Assembly (NCBI RefSeq): GCF_036365525.1
Contig: NC_090372.1
Location: forward strand, 67,233,132-67,297,131
Reading direction: 5' to 3'
Source: Heterodontus francisci
Taxonomy: Eukaryota
Length of the DNA: 64,000 nucleotides
The notes under the pieces are model-generated. The model was not told the DNA's origin, ran no database searches, and saw only the letters and a program-made list of their open reading frames with translations. Numbering within the stretch: position 1 is the stretch's first letter; every line of letters begins with the position of its first letter. The translations under genes and the position numbers were made by a program. Positions 1 through 13,130 of the stretch are shown here, in pieces.

Positions 1-116
1 CCCCGGGAGAATCTGAACCTGCAATCCCAGCATTGGGTTCCGTGGTGGGCGGTTCCGCTCCGATTCTCTGGCACCCCCGTTACAAAAGCTGCTGTTAGGA
101 GGACAAGATCCAGCCC
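1..116. mobile_element. Right end of a PIF/Harbinger-type MITE (cut by window edge)
   Basis: Ends in ...AAGATCCAGCCC, the complement of the GGGCTGGATTTT TIR seen on other MITEs here. Confidence 0.6.
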
Positions 117-175
117 TGTGTCTGACCCATGCACTGCTAGTAAAGACCTATGGTCATGGGAAAATCGCTCTGCAT

Positions 176-532
176 TAGAGTCATAGAGATATACAGCACC
201 AAAACAGGCCCTTCAGCCCAACGAGTCTGTGCCAACCATCAACCATCCATTTATACTAATCCTATATTAATCCCATTTTTCCCTCTCACATCTCCACCTT
301 CCCTCAATTCTCCTACCACTTACCTACACTAAGGGCAATTTTTTTTTACAATGGCCAATTTACCTATCAACCCGCAAGTCTTTGGCATGTGGGAGGAAAC
401 CAGAACACCCAGAGGAAATCCACGCGGTCACAGGGAGAACTTGCAAACTCTGCACATGCAGTACCCAGAACCGAACCCGGGTCACTGGAGCTGTGAGGTT
501 GCAGTGCTTGCCGCTGCACCACTGTACCACCC
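176..532 (-). mobile_element. HE1 SINE (tRNA-derived V-SINE)
   Basis: Reverse complement of the HE1 head, V-domain and CR1-like tail; collinear with five other copies in the window. Confidence 0.9.
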
Positions 533-914
533 TCGGCTTCTTTGATACTCAATCAGCTTCCCAATGCTATCGCGCGGGTTGCCGACAACACACACAACCC
601 GCCCCTGGAAAAAACAGGAGGAGGCAGGAAGATGTCGGATACTGGCCCAACACCTTTATTCCAATTTTTCCTGGGCCCTCTGCCTACAAACCTGCCTCCA
701 TTAGCCTGAGAAAATACACCCATTTATACTGGTACATAAAGTGGTTCTACTATAAATTGTTCACTACCAGTCAAAACATTTAATAAAGAAGAATAGTTCT
801 AGAACCGAGTAACAGTTCCTGAATTTTTTTTTATGAAAAGAAATGTTACAAAGCACAGGACTAGATATAGTTACAGTCCATCACATTCCGACATCATTAG
901 AACGCAATTTTAAC

Positions 915-1301
915 TAAATGGCTGAGCAGGAAGCCAAAGTGGCTTTGATGCCAGGTGAAGTCAGTGGAAGAAGAACTGAGGCCAGAATAGACCTGAGCAG
1001 GTACTTTTGTTTTTCCTCAGGGCCCCAGAAGGAAAGCTTAGGCCTCCCTATCTTTGGGACACCCCCTTCCCGAAGTTCCTGGGATGCTGATCTTACCACC
1101 TATCAGTTGCTGGTGAGTGACCTCTAGTTGTGCTATTTTCTGCCAACTTCCCATCTGGAACAGGAACAGGTGGGAAGTTGGCTGGCAGGATTTAAATGAG
1201 GCCCAGGTGTTAAAATAGCGTCATTTCACACACAGCGGAAGAGTTTCCGACTCACCTTGCTCCCCACCCACCCAAAATCCATTCAGAGTTAAAACCAGGG
1301 C
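915..1301. mobile_element. Decayed Harbinger-type MITE remnant
   Basis: TTTAAATGAGGCC subterminal motif and degenerate TIR-like end (TTAAAACCAGGGC); similar to 21230-21550. Confidence 0.4.
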
Positions 1302-2685
1302 CACAGTATTACCAAATATTAATCTGAATTAAGACAGGAAATGAAGCAGGCAAAGGATGCACCAAAACATTTTGAGAAATGACCACGAGTTGAGTTAATG
1401 TTTAATAGTTTTGAAAGAGTTCGTAAATAGGCTGTTCCAAAGACAAGAGCAAGTAGGAAAATGGTTGAGAGAGGTGCCCAAATGGTTCAATGGTGAAATC
1501 TTTGGTTTGATGTGGCAATGAGTGATACAGATAAGGGAGACTATCAGATTCAATTCTTGATCGACACTGAACTTGCCGATTTCAGGCAGAGAGTGCTGTG
1601 ACACAAGTAAGTGCATAGTTTATTGTGCTATAATGTTTTACTTGTGCAATCATGCAGAAATATTGCTAGACATTTTATTTTTGAGGTTGATTGTTCTACT
1701 AGTCTGAGTGCTTCTAAGCCAGGTGCAAAACAAATCAGCCAGGTTTCTTGCTTCTGTCCATGCCCAGGATCATTGGGATTTCCTATCTCTGGCAACATTC
1801 TTGTGCAGGCCCACCTGTGAACAGGGCTTAGTGCTGGAGAAAGAGGTGAAGCTGCATGTCAGGTCTCGAAGCTCAGGACCTTCTACTTGTCAATGGAAAT
1901 TGGCAGTTAGAATGTCCGGACTAAAATTAATCCCTTGGCAAAGGTTATTTTTAAGTCGACAAAGTTTGTTACCTGCAATTTTTGATCTGCTCACTCAAGG
2001 CACCTGTTGACCTTTCAGTCACCGTGGCTCTGGAAGCAATCCAAAATGCCATGGTTTCTGGCATCGAAAAGCCTCCTCTCACCATTATTTAAATGAATCC
2101 AACTGGTCTGCATCAGCTGCTGGTGTAAATGAAGCTGTAGCTGTCCATAGCAACTACAGCAAAAATATCTCTTGCATTGAGTGAAGATAAGCACTAAAAT
2201 TGCCACATTATCGGTACAGGTGGCTGTGCAGCCATCCATCAGTTCTCCTTTGTGAATTAGGGAAGTACTTAGTAGTCGGGCACATCCACAGCCAACGCGG
2301 AGAAGTACACGGACACACAAGGGACGATGCGACAAACAAATAAATCACACATTTACACAAGTAGCAGTGCACTTTCTAAAGCAAAATTCATGGCCATTTT
2401 GAAAATTTTGAGGTTAAAGTGGGCCAGAACTGTCTTGTATGATGTCCAGGCCCTTAAACTCATTGATTAATCTTTCACCTTGTTAATGTGGAACTTGTAA
2501 ATAGAGAGTTATTTAGCACCTATGTCAATGTTATCTGCAGTCCAGCATGTGTGCTGCACGTTCCTACCTCAATATCAACTTGACATTGCTTCTGACTAAC
2601 TCTTGCCCACAACTGTAGCAAGATGTTTGCTTTATAAAGTACAGAATCAGGAAAGGGTTTAGTTCAAGCACAAATTTTGCCTTGT

Positions 2686-3045
2686 ACTCGTTTGGTGGCG
2701 AAAGCTGGCAACTCTCACCTCTGAATCAAAGGATCATGGGTGCAAGCCACACCCTAGAGACTGGAGCACATAATTGAGGCTAAAACTTCAGTATAGGTTT
2801 TGTCTTTCAGATCAGATGTTAAACTGAGGCCTCATGACACTATTTGAAAAAGAGCAAGGAAGTTCTTCTGGTATCCTGGACAATGTTTATTCCTCAAAAA
2901 ACATCTGAAACAGATTTACTGTTCATTATCTCATTGCTCATTGTGGGACCTTGCTGAAGTTTCCCAACATTACTTCATTAGCTGTAAAGTGCATTAGGAC
3001 TTCCTGAGGACATGAAAAGGATTATATAAACATAAGTCTTTTTTT
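2686..3045 (+). mobile_element. SacSINE1/AmnSINE1-like Deu-SINE
   Basis: tRNA-like head, Deu-domain (GTCTTTCAGATCAGATGTTAAACTGAGGCC...ACTATTTGAAAAAGAGCAAGGAAGTTC) and TATATAAA tail. Confidence 0.75.
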
Positions 3046-4477
3046 CTGTGAAATAAATCAGCAGCTAAAATAGCTGGATAGTATTTAACTTTCACCAATA
3101 CTTGAAGTCAATTTATGAAATCAAAATAACAATGCATTACAGAATTCTTGGGCTAGGTTCTCCTCCATGATGCCATCTAAAATGGGGCAGGTTAAAGACA
3201 GAGAGTGAGTCCTACCACCACTTCACTGTTCTGACCTCAATTTTGCTCCCACCACTAGAACCACCACATGCAAGTACCAACCCACTGGTCCATTTCCCTT
3301 ACATCTGTCCTAGTTGCCGCTGCTTCCCAAGATCGTCACCTGGACGGTAGAGGTAAACCCTGGGGAGTGGCAGTTATGGCCCCAGATGTCTGGGAATGGT
3401 GAAAGAGTAGAATGTTGTTTCACAGAAGCAACATACTGGCAGCAGTACTTCCCTTCTGTGTGGTCCATCCACTTTTGAAAACAAATGGAGCAAGAAATTT
3501 ATTTTTTCCTGCCAGTGCGTAACATTGGTTTACTGCCAGGCCATGTGCTAACAAATCTTTAATCTTTAAAAAAATCAGCTGTAAAGTGTATTTCACTTGA
3601 TGAGAAGTGCATTTGACAGACTTAGGCAAAAACTTCCATTTATTTTTCCATAGTTGGCTCACTTATTCCTTATTGCACAGGACTGATTGTAGAACTCTGT
3701 TTTGCTTTGAAATTAAAGGGCAGGTTCTCATTAATAATAGAGCTCCAGATTTAAAGCAAATGGCTGAAGACAAAAAGAGAAATCTTGCAGTTACATAATG
3801 GCCGGAATTTTTCAGTGGAGGCAGTAGTCCTGCTGCCGGGTCTGAAATTTGGGGGTGAGGGTGGCAGTGACCCCTGCTTCAGAGGGTGGGATCTGGGGCC
3901 GTATTCTGCCAGCAGCAGCCAATTAAGTGGTTGCCGTTCCTATTAAGGATGGCAGCCAACCCCCAAGAGCTGTCGGCCCTATCAGAGGGCTGACTGATCA
4001 GTAGCCTCAGCATCGCCACTGCAAGCAGTGACCATTGCTGGGGCTGCACCTGGAGGATGAGGACGCATCAATGGTTGTTGCCCTTGAAATGGGGTAAGTG
4101 GGGCTGGAGGTAGCTGGGGCTTGGCAGGAAGGTACCGACGATCAGGATGGGGGAGGTGTCTCGGTGGACAGGCGTGTTGTTTCCACAGGGGCGGCCATTG
4201 CTGCTGGGGGGCCCCTCCATGGCCCAAAAAGAGCCTGAAAGGGAGCGGCCCCCCATGGAGCCTGCTGGGACACTGTCAGATTTCACTGGACAACGACGGG
4301 TCCCCATGTCACAGGCTAAATGCCCGTGGAGGCGGGAAGTGGCCCTTAATTGGCTCAATTGGGCTCTGGATTGGCGGCTTGTCAGCCATCTTTCTTGCCA
4401 CTGTCAAAATGGCATGGCAACAGGAAGACATCAGGCACACCACCTGGCACCTTCCTGCACCATTTTGCTAGCCTTCC

Positions 4478-5509
4478 TGTTATACATTTGGTTCATTATG
4501 CTTCCACCTGTCAGGCAAACCCCACCTGCCAAGACTGAGGTACACATTATTTTGCCACATGAACATTAAAATGTAAAAAAATTGCTATCTCTGGCTGAAA
4601 GGATATTTGCATAATACAAGACAATGTGGAAACAAAGGGAGCCAGTCCCTGTTCATCCAATACACAGAAGTGGTCAGACCATTTTTGGCCACATGACTGA
4701 CTGGCTGTTGCAGAGTTTTTGAACACCCCACAAAGGAATTGCCAGGGAGAACGCCATGTGCTCATGGACTGAGAAGATCTCCTCTGCCTGTCTGTCTCCT
4801 GTCTGCCTGCCTTCATCTCTTCCCATGGAATTGAATCTTGTGAAAACACGTGAAACTCAAGTTGTAAGAAGATTACAGGCCCCAACGAACCACAAGACCA
4901 TATCTTCAATCAAGGACTACAGCAAGCTCAAGAAACACTAACAAGATATTGCCTCAAACTGTTCCACTTATCTTTTCTTCTGTTCTTTTCTATTCCTATC
5001 TGCATGTTTATATCACATGTGTATGCTAGCTTGAGCACGTCGTATATCCATAGGCATGAACTGTATTAGAGTTTAAGTATTAAGGTTTTAATAAAATTTC
5101 TCTTTCTGCTTTAAACCAAAGAAAGCCTGTTTGTGCTCAGTTATTTGCCTGTTAATTGAAAACTGTGAACAAGGATTCACAAAAAGGGGAGCTCAAAGCA
5201 CAGCATGTTTAAAAATTAAACCCTGTTACAATAAGACCAGGTAAAGATAGCAAAAGACCCCTAAACATTGCTCACCTGGTCATAACACACCGTATAGAGT
5301 CTAGCCAGTGAGGTTCTTAGACTGTATTGTTTAAACATTAATCTTTATTGGATAGTAACTATATACACTCCATACTAGTCTGTGTGTCTCCTTCAAAAGC
5401 CACACTCTAACTGTTCTCACCTTTCTCCCACATGATCTCTTATCTCATCATGGTGGATGGTAATCTTTACATTCTGTCTAGATTAACCGTTTGATACTCT
5501 TATATAACA
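4478..5509 (-). mobile_element. Short solo LTR (outer), interrupted
   Basis: TGTTATA...TATAACA termini, 5-bp TSD CTTCC (4473-4477, 5510-5514), AATAAA on the minus strand near 5345. Confidence 0.7.
4509..5287 (+). mobile_element. Gypsy-like solo LTR (inner)
   Basis: TGT...ACA termini, 4-bp TSD CACC (4505-4508, 5288-5291), AATAAA near 5090. Confidence 0.75.
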
Positions 5510-6844
5510 CTTCCCACCTCCCAGCCCATCTCCATAGGCTGGTAAAATTCAGCCCAATGTCTTTCACATCCTCACAACATCCAAAATGCTTCACAGCCAA
5601 TGAAGTACTTCTTTTTTAGGTATCGCATGTCGGCAAATATAGCAGCCAATTTGAACATAGCAAAATCCTATGAATAGCAATCAGATAAATAACCAGATGA
5701 TCTATTTTAGTGGAGTTAGTTAAACAATAGATGTTGGCCAGAACACCAGAAGAACTCCCACACTCTCCTTCAAATAGTGCCACAGGACCTTCTATGTTTA
5801 CTTAAATGACAGGCCTCAGTCACCTCAACTGAAATAAGGCACCTCTTCAGCACTGCACAGAAATATCTACCTGAACTATATGCTCTAGTCTCTGGAGTGT
5901 GGCTTGAATGCACAATCTTCTGACTAAAAAATGAGAGTACCACCACTGAGCCAAAAAGACTTTAAACGACTTTAATACCACCTTACTGCAGAGTGTAAAA
6001 TCTTTCTGTCCATTATTACTCTGAGACAGTGATTCAGCCATCCATATGCTGTTCTGCATGAAATTGCAGGACAATCACAATGAAAATGCAAATTCATATT
6101 TCTTGTGCTCCGACAAGCTGTAGTGACTGATGGGACAACTCCTTGAAGAATGCAAAATTGGTGTCATTTGATTGAACTGGAAGAGATAATGGGGTACTTG
6201 AACTGTTTAAACTTCTGTCAAGCGAATTACTTGCTGTTCAATGACCGAAATTCAAGACGTACAGGTTTCTGAGCCCAGGTTGTTAAGAACATAGTTCCAA
6301 GGGGTGAGCCTGTACTTTATCTGCAAACAGGGGTCAGCAATGTGTCCGTAGATGGACACTAGCGTCCGTAGTAAAAATTTTGAGGCCTGTGGTAATTTTC
6401 AATGTCTTGCTCCAAGCCTCTAAACCTGTGTGTTAAAAAACAAAGAACCAGGATCATCGGGGCATTGGGCTAGGTCCTACGGCCCATTGATGTTACGTAT
6501 CCATCCCGCCAATCCACTAATCAAAAGAACAAATGGTTTGCCTGCACTCCGTACAATAGGAGTGCTTAGGAGGCAGGACTCGCTGGAAGACTGGTGCCAT
6601 CAATCAAGTGCTCCCTGCCCATGTTGGAGCTGCCGAATCAGCCATAGAGTGTGTTGGTATGAGTAGAACAGATAGGATAGCACACAGGAAAGCAATGATA
6701 TAACTGGAAAGGAAAGACTTCTTTGAGCCAGAGCAAGCTGTCTTTTTTAGGCAAACAGTCCACATTCTCAGCTCTCCAAACACCCTGGTTTCTTTGAGTG
6801 AGGGGCTGGTGTTGAGCAGTAATATGTTTCTGCTCTTGGTGGAT

Positions 6845-7292
6845 AGTGGGTGAAGGGGGGGCAACACAGAGGGGGAGGGGGGTCACAGAGGGGGAGAGAG
6901 AGGGACACAGAGGGGAAGCAAGAGGAGGAGAGAGGGAGAGAGATGGGAGAGAGAGGGGGGACACAGAGCAGGAAGAAAAAGAGAGGGGGACACAAGGGGG
7001 GGAGAGGGGAAGAGAGAGGGAGGGGACAATGGGGAGAGACAGAAAGTCAGAGTGGGAAAGAGAGAGGTCACAGAGTGGGAGAGAGGGGAACAGAGGAGGA
7101 GAGAGAGGAGGACAGAGGGCGGAGAGAGAGATGGACATAGAGGGAAAGAGTGAGAGGCAGAGAAAGGAGGGCACCGAGAGGGAGAGAGGGACACAGAGGG
7201 GGAGAGAGGGGCATAGTGAGGGACGAGAGAGAGGGGAAGAGAGATGAATACAGAGAGGGAGAAAGAGAAAGAGAGAGAGAGCGAAGAGAAAG
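6845..7292 (+). repeat. Purine-rich (GA) low-complexity tract
   Basis: About 450 bp of almost pure G/A with recurrent GGGACACAGAGGGG units. Confidence 0.95.
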
Positions 7293-7411
7293 CAATCAAG
7301 ATCACTTATGACAGGTGGACATCTATCCGAATATGACATATCGCTACAAGAAGTGTGAGGACAGACATTGACTACTTGTGGAAGCAAAAACAATGCCAGG
7401 TATCTCACTAA
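7293..7411 (+). pseudogene. hAT transposase C-terminal fragment
   Basis: Translates to ...HIATRSVRTDIDYLWKQKQCQVSH*, the typical Charlie/SPIN-type terminus. Confidence 0.7.
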
Positions 7412-8687
7412 ATAGGGAGACATGTGTTTTAAATTGGACTGTGTTTTGATGGCAATAGTTTGGCTACACACTTTATATACAGATTAATTTCCCCCATGTC
7501 CTTGGCTGAGTCAATAATTTTGTCAAAAGTCCACAGTGCAACATGTTGGCGCCTATCCCTGTCTGTAAGCATGCCAGTGACTGATTTACTCACTGTTCCA
7601 GGCTGATGTGCACTATTCCCTCTACTCACTGTGAGTGTGAGCCACCAATGTGAGTTGAATTCTTGAACTGAACTCTAGAAATAGCAGGTAAAGAATGATT
7701 TAATGGAAGCCAGATTCTGAAATTACTTACCAGCACTGAAATGTGTCCTGTAAAAATAAACTTCCATCGAGTGAGAAGGCACAAAATTCAAATTGCTGCA
7801 CATACCTCAATCCTGTTCTCACAATGTTGAATATGTCAACCATTATGGCCTGGCACTATCTACACCAAAAATTCATCTCAACTGTCGCCACATAATAGCT
7901 ACAATGAAAAGTTTTATAATAGGATCTTTCAAAAGGTCCTCATTTTATTTAAATGTTAAAAAAGCATCTGCTGACAATTGTGCAATGCCAGTACTGTTTA
8001 TACAACTTGCAGGTCACAATACAGCTTTAATTAAAATGCTTCGGAGCCTACAATCTAAATAAGAATTTTCTAGAATCATCAATCACTGTGTGAACTTGCA
8101 CTTTTAGAATTTCCTTTCAATTATATCATTATTTTATTTCTATAAAATGGTATTACTTGAGGTAACAGGTTTGAGCTAACAGAAAGCTGTGATTTACTTG
8201 ATGGAATCATTTATAATCTTGATATGGGTACTGCTACAAACCAGCTGAAACTCATTTCACGCTTTCATTAATTATTAACATTGGTGTACAGCTCCTGATC
8301 AGCAGAGAAATGCTTTCAGCTGCTGAATGTAATGGATCAGAACAGGATGTAATGTTTAGAAGTGAAAAATTCATTAAAACAAGCCTCCTGGCAAAAATAT
8401 AAATAAATCTTGTTTAACAGTTCTGCTCTCTTTTAAGTTCGTCAACAGAGATTCCTGACCAAAAGAAATAACGAATGGTTTCTGTTACAAGTTACATACC
8501 ATATCAATGCATTCACATGACAGACTGGGAAAAACAAAAACAAATTGCACCTTTTTTGCCCATTTATTGAGCATGAAATGGGAACAAATCGGTACAATTT
8601 TGTAGATATATGTTCCATGCCCCAAGTGCACCTCAAATACAAAATGGCTAATGAGGTACCTAATACCTGTTAAAGGATTCAACACTT

Positions 8688-10056
8688 AGGAAGGACAGGC
8701 AAAAAGGAAAAGGAGGTGGGGTATTGCTGTTAATAAAGGATGAGATCAGTACATCAGTGAGAGAGTGTTTTAGATCGAAAGATCAAGAATTAGAATCAGT
8801 TTGGCTAGAGCTAAGAAACAGCAAGGAACAGCAAACATTGGTATGAGTCGTTTATAGGCCACCAAACAGTGGTGGTAATGTACGGCATGGTATATATCAG
8901 GAAATTAGAGGTGCATGTAACAAGGCTAATACAGTAATCAAGGGCGAATTCAATCCACATATAGACTGGGTAAACCTAATTAACACTAATGCTGTGAAGG
9001 ACGAATTCCTGGATAGTACAAGATGGTTTTCTAGAACAGTATGTTGAGGAATCAACTATTTTAGATCTGATATTGTTCAATGAGAAAGGGCTCTGTGGTT
9101 CCTGTAGATTGGAAGGTAACAAATGTAACCTCACTATTTAAGAAAGGAGGGAGAGAAAATGGGGAACTACAGTTCTGTTAGCCTGATATCAGTAGTCAGG
9201 AAAAAGCTAGAATTGATTATAAAGGATATGATAACTGGACACTTTGAAAATAATGTTAGGATTGGGCAGAATTAACATGGAATTATGAAAGGGAAATCAT
9301 GTTTGACAAACCTGTTGGAGTTTTTTGAGGATGTAACAAGCAGAATAGGTAAAAAGGGAACCAGTGGATGTGGTGTATTTGAATTTTCAGAAAGCTTTCG
9401 ATAAAGTCACACACAAGTGGTGAATAAGAAAAATTAGAGCACATGGGATTGGAGGTAATATACTGGCATGTATTGAGAATTGGTTAACGGATAGAAAACA
9501 GAGAGTAGGAATGAACAGGTCATTTTCAGATTGGCAGGCTGTGACTAGTGGGGTACCACAAGGATCAGTGCCTGGGCCCCAGCTACTCACAATCTATATC
9601 AATGATTTGGATGTGGGGACCAAATGTAATATTTCTAAGTTTGCTGATGACACAAAACTAGATGGGAATGTGAGTTGCGAGGAGGATGCAAGGAGTCTTC
9701 AAGGGGACTTGGACAGGCTGAGTGAGTGGGCAAGAACATGGCAGATGGAATATAATATGGAAAAATCTGAAGTTATCCACTTTGGTAGAAAAAACAGAAA
9801 TGCAGAGTATTTCTTAAATGGTAAGAGGCTGGGAAGAGTTGATGTCCAAAGGGACTTGAGTGTCCTTGTCAATAAGTCATTAAAGCTAACAAGCAGATAC
9901 AGCAAGCAATCAGGAAGGCAAATGGTATGTTGGCTTATTTTTGCAAGAGGATTTGAGTACAGGAGTAAAGAAGTCTTGCTGCAATTATATGGAGCCTTGT
10001 TGAGACCGTACCTGGAGTATTGCGTACAGTTTTGGTCACCCTACCTAAGGAAGGAT
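8688..10056 (+). mobile_element. CR1 LINE ORF2 fragment (APE + RT, internal deletion near 9090)
   Basis: SGVPQGSV, KFADDTKL, YCVQFWSPYLRKD motifs; stops and frameshifts. Confidence 0.92.
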
Positions 10057-10728
10057 GGGCTGGATTTTACGCTGGGTGCCACATAAAAGTCAGTGGCAAA
10101 TCTGCTTCCGCCCGGCCCGTGATCTGACCCGCATTTTACGGGTCCCTGGGCTTTCATTGTTCCAAAGCGGGATTTCCACCCACTTGAAGGAGGAAGTCCT
10201 GCCTCATTGAGCTGCTGGCCAATCATCAAGCTGGCAGCTCTTAGTCCCAGCAGCGCCACAGGGAGCGGTGGCCACTGCTGGGACTGCGGCCCAGCTGAGG
10301 ACATGGAGCCAGGAGTTCAGGTAAGTTAGGGTTGCCTCGTCAGGCTAATCAGTCGGGGCCTGGCGAGGTAAGGATGGTCATTTGGGGAGAAGAGGGGGGT
10401 GGGGGGCATCTCGGGTCCTGGGGATGGTTGGGGAAGCAGTGCACTGAGAGACCGCCAGGTTTCACTGGACGGCCTTTCACACCTCCCGGATGCCCGCTTG
10501 CCACGGGTAAAATCTCCGTGGAAGAGGGCAAAGGTCTTTAAGTGGCCGTTAAGTGGCTACTTAAGGGCCTTGATTGGCCTGGGGTGGGGGGCCCATTTCT
10601 CGCACCCCCCACCCACCCACCAGCCCACGTAAAGTGAGGAAGAGGCGGGAGTGGGTCGGGAAGGCCTCCTGAAGCCTCCTGCTTAATTTTACACCACACT
10701 CCCCACCACACCACCCCACCCCCCCCAT
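10057..10728. mobile_element. Harbinger-type MITE, right TIR lost
   Basis: Starts GGGCTGGATTTTAC; body similar to 20121-20809. Confidence 0.8.
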
Positions 10729-11864
10729 GCCAGGAAAAATGGCGGAGGGGGTGGTGTAGCCTTACTGATTAGAAATAATATCACCTCATTGGTGAGGGAG
10801 GATATAATGAGGGGAAATCATCCAGTGGAGACTTTATGGGTGCAATTGAGGAACAGAAAAGGATCTAAAACTGTAATAGGTGTTGTGCATAGACCCCCAG
10901 TAGCAGTTCTGAGGTGTTAGATTGTATAAATGCACAAATTAGGCAAATGTGTAACAAAGGCAGAGTAGTATTGATGGGGGATTTTAACTTACACATAGAT
11001 TGGGAGAGGCAGACTAGCACCTATCAAAAAGGTAGTGAATTTCTGGAATGTGTCCGGGATAGTTTCCTACAGCAATATACCCTAGATGTAACAAGGGGAC
11101 AGGCAATATTAGATTTAGTTATGAGTAATGAGCCAAATTTAATTAGTAGCCTAACTGTGCGTAAACATTTATCAAATAGTGATCACAACATGATCGAATT
11201 CAAGGTAGCGTTTGAAAGTGAAAAGCACGAATCAGCTACTAGAATTTTAGACTGGGTTAAGGCTGACTTTACCGGGATGAGACAGAGACTGTCCACGGTA
11301 AACTGGGTAGATCTGTTAATGGGTCAAACGACTGAAGAACAGTGGAGAATATTTTTTTAAACATTTAACGAAATACAGAGCGAGTATATACCCCTGAGAA
11401 GAAAAAGCTCCACTTCACAGAAAAAACAGCCAAGGACAACTAAAGAGATTAGGGATAGCATAAAACAAAAAGAAAGGGCTTACAAAAATGCAAAACGCAG
11501 CACAGATCCGGCCGAATGGGATCGGTACAAAGACCAGCAAAGGGTCACAAAGCAGCTTATAAAAGCTACTAAAAGTGATTATGAAAGGAAACTTGCAAGG
11601 GACATCAAAATCAATAAGAAGAAATGTGATAGTTACATAAAGGGAAAGCGGGTGGTCAAAAGCAATGTAGCCCCACTAAAAGCTGAAAATGGAGATATTG
11701 TCATTGATAATGGGGAAATGGTAGACATGTTGAACATTTACTTTGCCTCAGTATTTACAGTTGAAAAGGAGGATAACTTGCCGGAAGTCCCGAAAAAATT
11801 AATAGCTGATCGGGGACAGGAACTTAATACAATAAACATAAGTAAAACATCAGTAACAAGGGAA
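10729..11864 (+). mobile_element. CR1 LINE ORF2 fragment (APE endonuclease + linker)
   Basis: GGGVAL, MGDFN, LDLV, SDHNMI, YFASVFT motifs. Confidence 0.92.
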
Positions 11865-13130
11865 GGTCTTTTGGCGAAGACTTCTACTCCTCCTGGCACA
11901 CAAAGGGCTTAAAAACAGGCAGAATAGAAGATTTACCTGGGCCTCTTCTGGCAGCAGGCAGCATGTGACCTTCCCCCGTTGTGAGATTAAACGTCAGTTT
12001 TGCCCCAATTGCACAATCGGGTTGCAACTTTTGGATATTAAGTAGGCTCTGCCTGCTTTTAGTGGGAACATTGTGCAAGTCCTGAATCGTCCTTATAAAT
12101 ATTATGGTGGCAGGGATTGGTTTTGAGTTTCTCGATCCTGATATCTTAACCCTTTCCTGTCTTACAATGTTGGGGATGATGGTGGTAAAATTGAGGACCA
12201 GGATTGTAAACCCCATCAAGCCACATATTCATTCACAAGTTTTTGACATATACTGTAAGTCCACTTTCTCTAGAAAGTTGGTATATCATCTCTAAAGTGC
12301 TCTAAAAATGTCCACTGCAAATGAACTATCTTTATGCTAAGTATACGAAAAATTACTCCAATTGTAAATCATGAGATTGTGAGTGATGGAAGTTGGACAG
12401 TTTCTTCTGAATCCAGTTAGCTAGCCTGTGGTTAACAATTGAGATGAAGCACTTCAGGAGAAATGCATTGCATTTTCGGTTTGAAGTATTTTGTGGGAGA
12501 AATTTGTATAGGCCCATTTTTCAGGCATGCAATGTTTGATATGCCCATAATATAAGCCAAAAGCCGGAGGCCTGAATCTCATCGAAAAATGGTCCTTGGG
12601 CTTCACCTGAATAATTCTGGCCAGCTACAGATGCCAATTGAGCATCCAGAGTCCGCTTGTTGGTTTGCTGCTGCTGAGCCAGAAGAGGTCCAGGTAAATC
12701 TTTCTATTCTGACTGTTTTTAAGCCCCTTGTGTGCCAGGAGGAGTAGAAGTCATCGCCAAAAGCCTCACAAGGAAGATTTCAGCCTTCCCAGCCCTGATC
12801 GAAGCCCCAATCATTCAGGCTCTACAACCTCCCCTCACCCCGACAATCACAGCACCGTGCCTTTCCCCATTACTGGCTGTCGGGGACAATTCCCACAGGT
12901 CCCTGGCTGCAGCTTCTTGCTGCTAATTTCTACTCCCATTTGTCATCCAGGCAGTTCTCTTACTTGATCATTTTACTTGATTTTACCTTTGTACAGTCCA
13001 GCCATTTGGATCTCCACTAAACAGAAGAACATAAGAAATAGGAGCAGAAGTTGACCATTTGGCCCCTCGAGCCTTCCTAATTGCTTGCTGTACCTGCATG
13101 CTAACTTCTTGTGTTCATTGTACAGGTACA

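Larger units (their letters stand above)
3800..5555. mobile_element. Harbinger-type MITE carrying nested solo LTRs
   Basis: TIRs GGCCGGAATTTT / AAAATTCAGCCC; 3-bp TSD AAT (3797-3799, 5556-5558). Confidence 0.8.
3772..5960 (-). mobile_element. SacSINE1-like Deu-SINE split by a nested insertion (SINE parts 3772-3799 and 5556-5960)
   Basis: Reverse-complement similarity to 2686-3045; tail resumes across the MITE at 3800-5555. Confidence 0.7.
6328..7561 (+). mobile_element. Non-autonomous hAT (Charlie-like) DNA transposon
   Basis: CAGGGGTCAGC / GCCTATCCCTG ends, degenerate 8-bp TSD TCTGCAAA/TCTGTAAG, retains transposase C-terminus. Confidence 0.7.

Noticed and set aside
6638-7471. 277-aa ORF and overlapping ORFs
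   Set aside because: Products of the GA/TC low-complexity tract, which lacks stop codons
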